Source: Spirochaetaceae bacterium
GTDB taxonomy: Bacteria > Spirochaetota > Spirochaetia > WRBN01
Length of the DNA stretch: 44,902 nucleotides
Direction of reading: 5' to 3'
Assembly: GCA_020024055.1 (NCBI GenBank)
Contig: JAHHUI010000001.1
Coordinates: forward strand, 1-44,902
The translations under genes were made by a program, and so were the position numbers. Position 1 is the stretch's first letter, and the number at the start of each line of letters is the position of its first letter. The notes beneath the pieces were generated by a model. The model saw only the letters and a program-made list of their open reading frames with translations. It made no database searches and was not told the DNA's origin. Below, one piece after another: positions 19,556 to 29,429 of the stretch.

Positions 19556-20670
19556 TCTTTGCCTCCGCTGCCTTCGGCCCAGCCCTGCAAAAGCCGCTCG
19601 TAATAGATACGCCACACAGGTGGCAATGATTTTAATGTGCGCATATCATCAGAGCGAATAATCAGGCGCCCCAGCTGAGGATGAAGATAATTACTCAAAG
19701 GCATTGCTTCAACAACAAAACGCTGATCCCCGTCTGTATACCAATACCAGGAAAGACGATAAAGCAATGAATGCCCGCTGGATGCCAAGATTAAATCTTC
19801 TTCACTACCCTGCACATCCCACACCTCATCTGTCAGCAAGGTACCATTATTATGAATAATCAACCTGTCCTGATAAAATTCCACTCTCTGTTTGTATTGG
19901 GCACGATGATGATTCCACACAATATCTGCCCCTGCGTCGATGAGATCACGCAAGGCCTTTTGCCAGGGCTCGCTTGCTTCAAGCTGTGCATCCCCGCCAT
20001 GATAAGAGACAATCACCAGATCAGCCTGAGTACGCAGGGTTTTGATATAGGATAACAGACGACTCCATTCGCTTTGGCTGTGAAAATCAACCGTATTAAT
20101 AAATGAAAATGCTTCATTCTTTTGCAGGTCTGCGGCAGCAAGCTGCACAAAAGACAAAAGCGCAATATTTTTGTTCTTGCGCGAGAAAATTGTGGCCTTT
20201 ACGGCATCCAAAGCATTCTCTTTCAGGCCGCTGTAACGAATCCAGGGAAAACGCTGCCAGAGCATCTTCCAGCTTTCTTTTGTTTGCTGTAAACCTAAGA
20301 GGCCCTGTTGAGCCACATCTAAATTGGCCAGGCTGAATACATCAAAGCCCGCATTCACCATCGCTTCAATCTGGCTTGGGTGTGCATTGGCGGGTTTTCT
20401 GCGGGAACCCTGATTGGTTACAGGGCTGTTCAAGTCTAAAAAGCTGGCATCGTCGCCATGCAAAAGAGGGACTAAATCTTGATATAAAAAAGAATTGGTC
20501 TTCTCAAGAGGGCTGCGTGCATTCTCTTCATCGCTCATATAAGCATCGCCGGCAAAGCTGAGCACCAACGTGGCAACAGGCTCACGCTGGGTAAATTCCT
20601 GCCCATATACAGAAACCGCAGAGATTAAAAATAAAAACAAACACACTCTGGCGAGAGTCTGCATAAACAT
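19552..20670 (-). CDS. CapA/PGA_cap-family metallophosphatase-like protein, secreted
   Basis: A signal peptide, plus LSFAGDAYM, VSYHGG and IVWNHH, which resemble the CapA capsule-biosynthesis family. Confidence 0.6.
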   Translation of the reverse strand: MFMQTLARVCLFLFLISAVSVYGQEFTQREPVATLVLSFAGDAYMSDEENARSPLEKTNSFLYQDLVPLLHGDDASFLDLNSPVTNQGSRRKPANAHPSQIEAMVNAGFDVFSLANLDVAQQGLLGLQQTKESWKMLWQRFPWIRYSGLKENALDAVKATIFSRKNKNIALLSFVQLAAADLQKNEAFSFINTVDFHSQSEWSRLLSYIKTLRTQADLVIVSYHGGDAQLEASEPWQKALRDLIDAGADIVWNHHRAQYKQRVEFYQDRLIIHNNGTLLTDEVWDVQGSEEDLILASSGHSLLYRLSWYWYTDGDQRFVVEAMPLSNYLHPQLGRLIIRSDDMRTLKSLPPVWRIYYERLLQGWAEGSGGKE

Positions 20671-20726
20671 GGGCAGGAACCTCCATACCGGGGAAAATGA
20701 AGAAAAATCTTTAAATACACACCCCT

Positions 20727-21092
20727 TTAGAATACATGGCTGGCAAATTTTTGCCTTTCGCCGGCGATTTTACAGTTAATACACATTACAGCTTCGGGAA
20801 TCGCTTCTAAGCGCTCTTTGTCAATCATATTTCCGCATTTCACGCAAATACCATAATTTCCGCCTTCAATACGTGCCAAGGCTGCATCCACGCGGGCCAA
20901 TGCCTGTGCACTTTGTGCCCCCAGGGCTTCAATAATTCTTTTGTCCAAATCACTCGCGGCAACATCAGCAGGATCGGCAGTATCAAGATCAGTCATCGTT
21001 GATTGAAAATCCGCGTTTTCCGTCAGGAGATTTTGAATAATTTCTTGTTTGGCAGCCAGCAGCTTCTCTTTTGCCTGAGCATACAGATCCAT
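20727..21092 (-). CDS. DksA/TraR-family C4 zinc-finger protein
   Basis: An N-terminal coiled coil and CVKCGNMI..(17)..CINC. Confidence 0.75.
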   Translation of the reverse strand: MDLYAQAKEKLLAAKQEIIQNLLTENADFQSTMTDLDTADPADVAASDLDKRIIEALGAQSAQALARVDAALARIEGGNYGICVKCGNMIDKERLEAIPEAVMCINCKIAGERQKFASHVF

Positions 21093-21366
21093 ACCTAGCT
21101 TCCTCCATCATGCCATATCAGCTGTCCAATGAAAAAGACATCCGCACCGAATGCCAAATATCACCGGGGCTTTCAAAAACCACGTGATTTTAACATACCT
21201 TATCTTGAATGTGCAATAATTTTTTGTACTGATTTTTACTTAAGAACAAATTAATTTCACTTTCTTCACTCAGACATGAAGATTATTTTTATCATGCTCT
21301 TGATTTTACCGGCCAAAACTGCGAAACTTAAATGATGATCTTTTCTTTGCACAGCAAGAGATAATA

Positions 21367-22560
21367 ATGAATATCGCATTTTTCACAGACACATACCTGC
21401 CCGACAAAAACGGTGTAGCCACATCGGTCTCTCAGTTGAAATCAGAGCTGGAGGCCCTGGGGAATAACATATATATATATACCGTGAAGCATGCCGATCA
21501 AAAAGAAAATGAATTTCGTATCATGCGCTGGCCATCGGTCACTGTGATGCGCAATGTGCCAGAATCACGCATTGCTTTTACAAACCCGGCCACGATTGCG
21601 GCCTATTTAATACGCGATCAAGTTGACATTGTGCACACACACAGCGAATTTTCTTTGGGGCTCACGGGGCGTTTTGTCAGCAAAATGCTTAATATTCCCC
21701 ATGTGCACACTGTGCACACGATGTGGGCCGATTATCGGCATTACATCCTGAACGGACGCATGCTTTCCAACAGGCAAATCGGCTCGCTTTTTCGTGCCTT
21801 TGTGCGCCCCTGCACAGCTATTGTCGCGCCTTCAAACAAGGCATTTTTCTATCTTAAAAGCATTGGCATTCATCCCTATCATGTAAACAACGGACTGAGC
21901 ATTGAAGAATTTATCAATCGATGTTCTTCGGAAAAACAGCAGGCTATCAAGGAAAAACTGGGCCTGACCAGAGAAGATTTCACTATTCTTTTCGTTGGGC
22001 GAATCTCTGATGAAAAACGTGTCTTAGAATTATATGATGTCATTAGTGCGGCCATGAAGCAGCAAAACAATATCAAGGCCATTTTCATCGGGCGCGGCGA
22101 CAAGGCCGCCGTGATTGAAGAAAAAATCAAAAAAAACAATCAAGAGGGCCAATTCATCCTGACAGGCGCCATGCCCTACGAAGAAATTGCCAATTACTAT
22201 GCTGTGTGCCAGGCCTACTGCACAGTCTCCACATCTGAGGTGCAGCCTATGACCGTGATTGAGGCGATGACCATGGCCCTGCCCATTGTGGTGCACAGGG
22301 ATCATGCCTTTGATAATTTGATTGAACATGGCAAAAACGGATATATTGGCGAAAATGACGATGAAGTGAGAGACTATTTAATTCAGCTGGCGGCAAATCG
22401 AGAGCAGGCCCATACAATGGGGCATCAAAGCCAAATTCTTTCAGAGCATTTCACCAGTGAAATACAGGCAAAAAATATGCTTAAATTATATAACAAGGTC
22501 GTAGCCATGGGGCGTCCCCATTTTGGTTTTCATCCGGTATTGGAGAAACAAGACTCATGA
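21367..22560 (+). CDS. Glycosyltransferase family 4, resembling diacylglycerol glycolipid synthases
   Basis: MNIAFFTDTYLPDKNGVATSV N-terminus and the EX7E motif EVQPMTVIEAM. The acceptor specificity is inferred only. Confidence 0.8.
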   Translation: MNIAFFTDTYLPDKNGVATSVSQLKSELEALGNNIYIYTVKHADQKENEFRIMRWPSVTVMRNVPESRIAFTNPATIAAYLIRDQVDIVHTHSEFSLGLTGRFVSKMLNIPHVHTVHTMWADYRHYILNGRMLSNRQIGSLFRAFVRPCTAIVAPSNKAFFYLKSIGIHPYHVNNGLSIEEFINRCSSEKQQAIKEKLGLTREDFTILFVGRISDEKRVLELYDVISAAMKQQNNIKAIFIGRGDKAAVIEEKIKKNNQEGQFILTGAMPYEEIANYYAVCQAYCTVSTSEVQPMTVIEAMTMALPIVVHRDHAFDNLIEHGKNGYIGENDDEVRDYLIQLAANREQAHTMGHQSQILSEHFTSEIQAKNMLKLYNKVVAMGRPHFGFHPVLEKQDS

Positions 22561-23264
22561 GTCTGCCCTTTACGCTGGATGTGGAGCGCGTGTATCAGTC
22601 TCTTCAGGATAAAGATGTTCTGAAAGGAATCACATTTTCACGCAGCCACCCTGGGGTCACTGTGCTTCTGGGCGAAAACGGCGTGGGAAAAAGTGTACTG
22701 CTGCGCGCCATTGCCGGCATCTCGCTGCCTCAATACGGACAGATAACCCTGCGCGTGGGCGTGCATCAATACAACACGGCGCTGGATACTCAAGCACGCA
22801 CATATATCGGGTATCAAAGCGAGTATCTGGCCTATTGGCCTGATTACACTGTGTGGGAAATGCTGCAATTTGCACTGGCTGTGAAAAAACCGCAGGAGGA
22901 AACTCATGCACAGAAAATTATTGAACAGTTTCGCCTTCAGGAAGTGGTGAATGTGCCTTTGCGTCGTTTGTCTTTTGGCTATCAGCGCAGACTCTCTGTC
23001 GCCATCAGCATGATAGGAAATCCTAAAATTTTGCTTTTAGACGAACCCACTAATGGCCTGGATCCTGCCGAAACTGAATTTTTTCTTGAGCATATACAAA
23101 AAACAGCACAGACAAGCTGTATTATTTTGGCCAGCCACAGACTGGAAGAAGCACATACCCTGCAGGCAGAGGTTTTATTATTGAAACAAGGCCAATTATG
23201 TTATGATGGACCTTGCCCGAATCAATTAAAAGAGTGGTATCATGAACAGCACATGGATTCTTAA
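22557..23264 (+). CDS. ABC transporter ATP-binding protein (GldA-like)
   Basis: Walker A GENGVGKS, signature LSFGYQRRL, Walker B ILLLDEP. There is an ATGA overlap with the GT4 stop. Confidence 0.85.
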   Translation: MSLPFTLDVERVYQSLQDKDVLKGITFSRSHPGVTVLLGENGVGKSVLLRAIAGISLPQYGQITLRVGVHQYNTALDTQARTYIGYQSEYLAYWPDYTVWEMLQFALAVKKPQEETHAQKIIEQFRLQEVVNVPLRRLSFGYQRRLSVAISMIGNPKILLLDEPTNGLDPAETEFFLEHIQKTAQTSCIILASHRLEEAHTLQAEVLLLKQGQLCYDGPCPNQLKEWYHEQHMDS

Positions 23265-25323
23265 AACATTGTATAAACATGAAACATACCGCCTGGTGCG
23301 CCACAGCCGCCTGATACTGTTTTTATATCCATTGCTCATGCTGGTCAGCGCGCTAATTTTTCTCACCATCTTTGCCTATCCGCTCACGCCGATGGCCTCG
23401 CCACTTGTTTTTTTCGACTTGATCAGCCTCATGCAGTTTTTTATTCTTCCCTATGTGGCAATGTTGGGATTTTCCCAGGAGAGAACCCTACGCACGCATT
23501 GGACATTGCTGTCTTGGCCCATTAAATCATCGCAGATTATCTACGCAAAATTCCTGGCTTGGATGCGCATTCCCATGTGTTCGCTCTTATTATGTGCTTT
23601 TTGGCTGATCGCAGGAACCACATGGTATAGCTATGACCCGGGGCTAATCTTGGCAGGCATTGTGCAGGTGATGCTGACAGCAAGCTTGACTTTGGCCCTG
23701 ACGATGTATTTTTCCACTCGGCTGCTGCGCAGCAGCTGGCATGCGGTTTTCATCACGCAGGGATGCCTGTTGGCCTGGCTGTTCTGCGACTTTTTGCTGC
23801 GCAAATGGCAGATTTTAGGCAATGTCACTGCTCTTCTGCAGGTGTTCACTTATGGATATTACACAGCAGGATTTCAGAAAGGCCTGTTGACCTCGGGAAT
23901 GATGACATTCTTTTTGGGCATCACAATTTTTCTGCTTCGCAAAAGCTGGAAAGCCGTGGAGGTGTATCGCGGTCAGGACGAAACTCATGCGCGTCTTATC
24001 TTACCTGTTTTATGGGTATTGACGCTTTTTTTCCCCATGCGCATGGATATTTCCCTGCAGGGAATGTCGCGCCTGCATTCTTTCACACACAAAATGCTGT
24101 TTCAGGTGCATGATCCACTGTATATCACCTATTATTATTCTGACAAGCATAAATTCAATAAAGATATTCTCTCTGTGCAAGAACAGCTGCATTTATATAG
24201 CCAGGCGAATTCATGGGTGGTGTTGCGTAACAAGCCCCTTAAAGACATAAAAGATGCGCAGACGCAAGGTCTTTATGATCAAAATGGTTTGTTTGCAGGG
24301 GTGCTGATTGAATATCTGGACAAAGCGGCCCTGATACCTTTGCTGCTGGATGCAGATGAAGTGGAATATCAGGTCACCAGCAAGCTGTATCAAATCCTTT
24401 ACGGGCGCAGGCGGCTGCTGGTGCGTGCGGGCATTATGCAGAATATTTCAGATTATTCTCTGTTTATCCAGGCGCTTTCGCGGCATTTCGACGTGGAAAC
24501 ATGGACAGGAAACATCATGCCGGCGGCAGATGGGGCCATGATTTTCTCTGCATCAGGATTGAATAATTCCATGGCTTCGCAGCTTTTTGCCGCCAGAGAA
24601 CAGGGCATGGGGATGTTTATCGGATACAGCGGCGTGGGTATTCCTCCCCAGGAAAACAAAACTCCCATACGCTATCGTGCATTGCCGGCATCTTCTTATT
24701 TTGATAATCTGGGTATCCGTGCGGGTTCTGATTTGATCTTAGACCCCGAAGGCTTCTATTTTTCGGGCCAAAGCCTTGATGGCAATTTGATTCAGCAAAT
24801 ATATCCGGCCTGGACAAAAGGATTTGGAAGCAAAAATCTGCTTTGGCGCATGGTGCTGCCAATTTTCAGCGTGCCGCTGTGGCCCGACGACACATGGACG
24901 CCCCTGCTGTTCACCTCTCCGGCAGTCGGACTTCAGGAAGGCATCATAGACATTAACCCCATCAGTCTGCAGAAAAAAGAGCTGCCCCCTGTGGGCGGGC
25001 CATATATTGTGATTGCTGAAAAACAAGACTCTGTTCCGCTGATTGTCGCCGGCAGCGAAACTATATTCTCTGATATTGCCCCCACTTTGCAGAATTACAT
25101 TGCCGGGGAACTGTTGGCCTGGAAATTGGTGGGCCTGGAAGAAATGGCTGATTTGAAACTGTATAAACTCAGAAATGTTCTGATGAAGCGTCCTTACTCG
25201 CCTATTTTAGATACCGGACGATTTATTCTGCAGGTGCTTATTTTTGTGCTGGCCAATATTGCCTTTATTATTTTCTGTATTGCCAGGAGGCGCGGATGGT
25301 ATACAAAAGCAGCTTCCCGCTGA
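23242..25323 (+). CDS. Fusion of an ABC-2 type permease (GldF-like) with a GldG-like ABC auxiliary domain
   Basis: The N-terminal ~240 aa have ~6 TM helices. There is a large extracytoplasmic domain and a terminal TM anchor (VLIFVLANIAFIIFCI), as in GldG / ABC_transp_aux proteins. Recognised by architecture, not by alignment. Confidence 0.55.
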   Translation: MNSTWILKTLYKHETYRLVRHSRLILFLYPLLMLVSALIFLTIFAYPLTPMASPLVFFDLISLMQFFILPYVAMLGFSQERTLRTHWTLLSWPIKSSQIIYAKFLAWMRIPMCSLLLCAFWLIAGTTWYSYDPGLILAGIVQVMLTASLTLALTMYFSTRLLRSSWHAVFITQGCLLAWLFCDFLLRKWQILGNVTALLQVFTYGYYTAGFQKGLLTSGMMTFFLGITIFLLRKSWKAVEVYRGQDETHARLILPVLWVLTLFFPMRMDISLQGMSRLHSFTHKMLFQVHDPLYITYYYSDKHKFNKDILSVQEQLHLYSQANSWVVLRNKPLKDIKDAQTQGLYDQNGLFAGVLIEYLDKAALIPLLLDADEVEYQVTSKLYQILYGRRRLLVRAGIMQNISDYSLFIQALSRHFDVETWTGNIMPAADGAMIFSASGLNNSMASQLFAAREQGMGMFIGYSGVGIPPQENKTPIRYRALPASSYFDNLGIRAGSDLILDPEGFYFSGQSLDGNLIQQIYPAWTKGFGSKNLLWRMVLPIFSVPLWPDDTWTPLLFTSPAVGLQEGIIDINPISLQKKELPPVGGPYIVIAEKQDSVPLIVAGSETIFSDIAPTLQNYIAGELLAWKLVGLEEMADLKLYKLRNVLMKRPYSPILDTGRFILQVLIFVLANIAFIIFCIARRRGWYTKAASR

Positions 25324-25823
25324 TGATTTATGCTCTGCTCTTGGTCTTAGGGGTGGTGCAGCAGAGGGGAAATCACTTACACAAAACTCAGCTGGAAATG
25401 CCGGCAGAGCATTGGGACAGCGTGGAATGGACGCAAGGCGCCCATAGTCTTTTATGGCAATATTTGCCCATACATGGGGGCACCTGGGTGTTGAATGTCG
25501 GGCAAAATGGCCTGGCAGTGAAAACAGATCAGAAAAAATTCGCCTATGTGCTCGATCGCTTGTCGAAGAAAATCCCCCTGGAGCTTATTGTCTATCAGCG
25601 CCTAAGCGATCAGCAACTGATTCCTTATGGACTCTCTGCAGATTTAACAACACATATTGTTTTTCGATCCGGATATAAAACATATTCTTTAGATATTGGA
25701 AATCGCACCCCCGCCGGCAATGATGTTTATATCATGAAAGACCAGCGCATTTATAAAGCAGATCTAGGATTTATCTTCAAGCTGATAGAACATGTTGAGC
25801 CCGAGGAGCCACAGAAATCATAA
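25296..25823 (+). CDS. DUF4340-like protein (the usual partner of GldG-type systems)
   Basis: An N-terminal TM anchor, a PYGL..(D)..V segment and ..DIGN..P.....VY.., typical of DUF4340. It overlaps the upstream gene by 28 nt. Confidence 0.4.
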   Translation: MVYKSSFPLMIYALLLVLGVVQQRGNHLHKTQLEMPAEHWDSVEWTQGAHSLLWQYLPIHGGTWVLNVGQNGLAVKTDQKKFAYVLDRLSKKIPLELIVYQRLSDQQLIPYGLSADLTTHIVFRSGYKTYSLDIGNRTPAGNDVYIMKDQRIYKADLGFIFKLIEHVEPEEPQKS

Positions 25824-25847
25824 TAAAAATGAAATTATAAAAAATCT

Positions 25848-25876
25848 TTGACACGAGTAGTATTTAAACATATAAT
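25848..25876 (+). promoter_or_regulatory. Perfect consensus sigma70 promoter (TTGACA-17 nt-TATAAT)
   Basis: TTGACA at 25848-25853, a 17-nt spacer, and TATAAT at 25871-25876, 22 nt before the ATG at 25899. Confidence 0.75.
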
Positions 25877-25898
25877 GGCATATTGGAGAAAAGTTTCA

Positions 25899-28800
25899 AT
25901 GAAGAATTATATCTATGAAACAGAGGGTGCTTTAGGTTATCATATTACATCTTCAAAATTTCCAGAACCATACACACAACGAGGATTGCGTTCATTTCAC
26001 ATGCGCAGAAAAGTGCGCCAGCGATACGGCTTGTCAGACACAATTTTTGGCTTGCATGGCAATGTTATCCTGATGAATCATACACATGTGCACGATTTTA
26101 TCACGCGTGCCAATTCCAAGCGTTCTGAAAAACAAGCGTTTAAAATAGGTGAAATCAATGCTATCGGTCTCATAGACGAATTATGGCATTACATTGTGGC
26201 ATTATATGCCCGCAAAGAACATCGCCTGTGGAGCCGTGCCCTGGACTATGTACAAAAAAAAATCTCGCCTGATGATTTGAAAAAACTTTTGATAGATTTC
26301 GTCGACGACTTTCCCCCCAGCAGCCTGCTGAGCGGGAAAAAAACCAGCCGGGAATATCTGGAATCCCGTGACAATAATGAATCTATCATGGAAATAGAAA
26401 CAGAAGAATTATTACTCGTCTATCTGGCGAATAATAATCCTGCTTTCAAGCCATACCTGCATCTCTTTGAAGATGTTGTATTAATGAAAAACCCTGTCTA
26501 TGAAGAATTGATTTCCTTGCTCAAAGAATTTTTCAGCCAGCTGAGCCCTGTGGATCAAAGCGGCGAAACCCTGTACGAGGCGCTTTATTTGCCTATTGCG
26601 CATTTTCCGAATGACCTGAGCAAGCAGGTGGCCTATATTGTAGACCGTTTTGGCCTGATCTTAACACCATTGATGAATCAGCGGATGATTGCCGCTCTGG
26701 ATTTACTGCGCGAAAAACATAATGTAGAAGAAAATAATCAAAACGAAACTGAAACCGCTGAACAGATTGAAAAAAATTCCCTGGAAAATCAGCACAGCAT
26801 GATAGATGTGGTGATGGTGTGGAAAAATGTATTCATCTGGCTATATCAGCTGGGCAAAGAATACGGCATGAATATCCGCACCTTTGCAGAAATTCCCGAC
26901 CAGGAAATTGCACGCCTGGCCGAGACAGGAATAAATACACTTTGGCTAACAGGTATTTGGGAGCGCAGCTATGCCAGCCAGAAAATACGTAAAACCATGG
27001 GTCTGGATAGTCATTACGGCAGTGTGAACAGCCTGTATGATTATCAAATCGCCCGGCAGCTGGGTGGATGGGTTGGGCTGCAAAATCTTAAAGATCGCCT
27101 GCATATGCGCAATATTCGCTTGGCCACGTCGATGATTCCCTCGCATGTGGGCATTGACAGCAAAATGGTGATAGAAAGACCTGATCTTTTCCTGCAAAGA
27201 CGCCTGGCCCCCCTGGCCACGTACACTTATAAATCAGACAATCTTTCCACAAATACAGCCGTGGAAATCTATCTTGAAGATCATTATTATAAGGGTGACA
27301 ATGAAGCAGTCGTATTTAAGCGCGTGCAGGCCGTGAGCGGCCATACAACTTATATCTATCACGGCAATGACGGCAGCGGGCCCCAGCCCGACACGGCACA
27401 ATGGGATTTTTGCAGCAGCGAAGCGCGCGAGATGATTATCAATCAAATTATAGAAACTGCAAAAGTTTTCAACATTCTGCACATGGACGACGCGTATCTC
27501 TTGGTGAAGCGCCATATTCAGCGCCTGTGGTTTCCCCTGACAGAGCATAAGGGTATTCCCTCTCGCAATGACTACAACATCAGCGTGAAAGAATTTGACG
27601 CATTGATTCCCAATGAATTCTGGCGCGATGTATCTGACCGTCTGGCAAAAGAAGTGCCACAGGCCATTCTTTTAGCCCAGGCACCCGATATGATGGAACA
27701 TATTTTTGTTCGTTCTCTGGGGCTGCATCGTGTCTATAACACAGCATTCATGAACATGCTTCGCGATGAAAAAAATGCCCAGTATCGAGAGAATATAAAA
27801 AAAATCCTTGCCTCGGATCCTGAATTCCTGAGCCGATTGATCAATTTTATGAGCGATGCCGATTATGATTCAGCATTCACTCAATTTGGCAAGGGAGACA
27901 AATACTTTGGCATCTGTGTGTTGATGTGCACATTGCCTGGCCTACCTATATTTGCACATGGACAAATACGCGGATTTTCTGAAAAATATGACACGCAAAT
28001 GACGCGCCCTGTTCAAATTGAAAATGATGATGAAGAAGTGATGAGCCGGCATCGACAGGAAATCTTCCCTCTTCTGCATAAACGCTATCGCTTTGCCGGA
28101 ATCAATCAATGGCGCCTGTATGATGCGCATGATAAAGAAGGCAAGCAGCTGGAAAATATTTTTGCCTATAGCAATGCCATTGGCCTGGAACGCAGCTTGG
28201 TTTTATTTAACAACTCGGCCGAAAATGCCAGTGGCTATATACGCCAAAGTGCGCCTTTCCAGGTGACATATTCAGGGCAGAAAGAAACTATTACACAGCA
28301 TCTAGGTGAAGCAATTTCTTTGCACAATGAGAAAAGATATTTCCTGCTGGCGCGCGAACATCATGATGGCCTGTGGTATCTGCGCGAGTGTGAAACTTTA
28401 TTCAAAGAAGGATTCCATTTCGATTTAAAGCCTTATCAATATCAGGTTTTTTGGGAAATACGCGAGATTTTCGACCATGACGGACTGGTGCAGACACTTT
28501 ATGAAGAAACAGAGTCTCAAGGCATTGAAGACTTTGAATTGGCTCTACAAGAGCTGCGCCTGCGTCCTTTGTATCAAAGTCTTCAGCATATACTGAATCC
28601 CAAAGGCGGCTCGATCAGCAAATTACTGACTTTGCTGTATGGACAGGAAGATGAAGTGAAAATTATGGCCAGCCTGCATACAGACTGTGAGATGACATTG
28701 ATTATGCTCAAGGCATTATGGCGCGTAGATGTGAAAATTCAGCCTTATATGCAGCATGCAGAACGCCATTTCAAGGCTTTTTACAATTTGCTGATGCTGA

Positions 28801-29420
28801 TGGTGGACGAAGAATTCTGGCAGAATTTGCTTTCCAAGCGTTTTGCCTATGGTCCATTCCTCAGCACTTGGATTTCCATTAAAATCCTTGCCTATTGGCG
28901 CTATATAGGCATTGGCCCGGATAATAATCAGCTGACGCATTTAGACCTGATGAATGACTGGCTTTTAGACAGACAAATGTCTTATATCTGGACCTATCGC
29001 GGCTGGGGCAATTATTGGTCTTATGACAAATACCTGCGGGCTTTGGTGGATATTCCTATCTGGGACGGAAAACAGCCCTGGCGACAATATCTGGAAAGTC
29101 TTTTCCAAATTCCCGAATTTAGAAATGCATGCGGTATTAATGAACTTAGCGGCACAACATGGTATCATCAGGAAGACTTTACCACCCTCATGGATCTGCT
29201 TTTTCTTATTCTATATTATGAAAAAGTGGTGCATACAACACGCACCAGCATTGATATCATTCCCCGTTTACAGGAAGGGTATGAACAGATTGAATTAGCC
29301 AGTAAAATCTCAGATTTCCAGCTCTCGCATATGCTTTCCACATTGTCTCATGACGGGCCTACCAGTCTTTCATCAAGAATTAAGCAATCCCTCTTGACCT
29401 CGAAGAAAAAAACTCCGTAG
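25899..29420 (+). CDS. Large (1173 aa) alpha-amylase-superfamily (GH13-like) protein
   Basis: GINTLWLTGIWERS, IPSHVGIDS, ILHMDDAYLL, LGLHRVYNTAFMNMLRDEKNAQYR, and LPGLPIFAHGQIRGFSEKYD. The start is moved to the ATG at 25899 because the track start (TTG 25848) is itself the -35 hexamer. Confidence 0.5.
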   Translation: MKNYIYETEGALGYHITSSKFPEPYTQRGLRSFHMRRKVRQRYGLSDTIFGLHGNVILMNHTHVHDFITRANSKRSEKQAFKIGEINAIGLIDELWHYIVALYARKEHRLWSRALDYVQKKISPDDLKKLLIDFVDDFPPSSLLSGKKTSREYLESRDNNESIMEIETEELLLVYLANNNPAFKPYLHLFEDVVLMKNPVYEELISLLKEFFSQLSPVDQSGETLYEALYLPIAHFPNDLSKQVAYIVDRFGLILTPLMNQRMIAALDLLREKHNVEENNQNETETAEQIEKNSLENQHSMIDVVMVWKNVFIWLYQLGKEYGMNIRTFAEIPDQEIARLAETGINTLWLTGIWERSYASQKIRKTMGLDSHYGSVNSLYDYQIARQLGGWVGLQNLKDRLHMRNIRLATSMIPSHVGIDSKMVIERPDLFLQRRLAPLATYTYKSDNLSTNTAVEIYLEDHYYKGDNEAVVFKRVQAVSGHTTYIYHGNDGSGPQPDTAQWDFCSSEAREMIINQIIETAKVFNILHMDDAYLLVKRHIQRLWFPLTEHKGIPSRNDYNISVKEFDALIPNEFWRDVSDRLAKEVPQAILLAQAPDMMEHIFVRSLGLHRVYNTAFMNMLRDEKNAQYRENIKKILASDPEFLSRLINFMSDADYDSAFTQFGKGDKYFGICVLMCTLPGLPIFAHGQIRGFSEKYDTQMTRPVQIENDDEEVMSRHRQEIFPLLHKRYRFAGINQWRLYDAHDKEGKQLENIFAYSNAIGLERSLVLFNNSAENASGYIRQSAPFQVTYSGQKETITQHLGEAISLHNEKRYFLLAREHHDGLWYLRECETLFKEGFHFDLKPYQYQVFWEIREIFDHDGLVQTLYEETESQGIEDFELALQELRLRPLYQSLQHILNPKGGSISKLLTLLYGQEDEVKIMASLHTDCEMTLIMLKALWRVDVKIQPYMQHAERHFKAFYNLLMLMVDEEFWQNLLSKRFAYGPFLSTWISIKILAYWRYIGIGPDNNQLTHLDLMNDWLLDRQMSYIWTYRGWGNYWSYDKYLRALVDIPIWDGKQPWRQYLESLFQIPEFRNACGINELSGTTWYHQEDFTTLMDLLFLILYYEKVVHTTRTSIDIIPRLQEGYEQIELASKISDFQLSHMLSTLSHDGPTSLSSRIKQSLLTSKKKTP

Positions 29421-29429
29421 AATGTCGTT

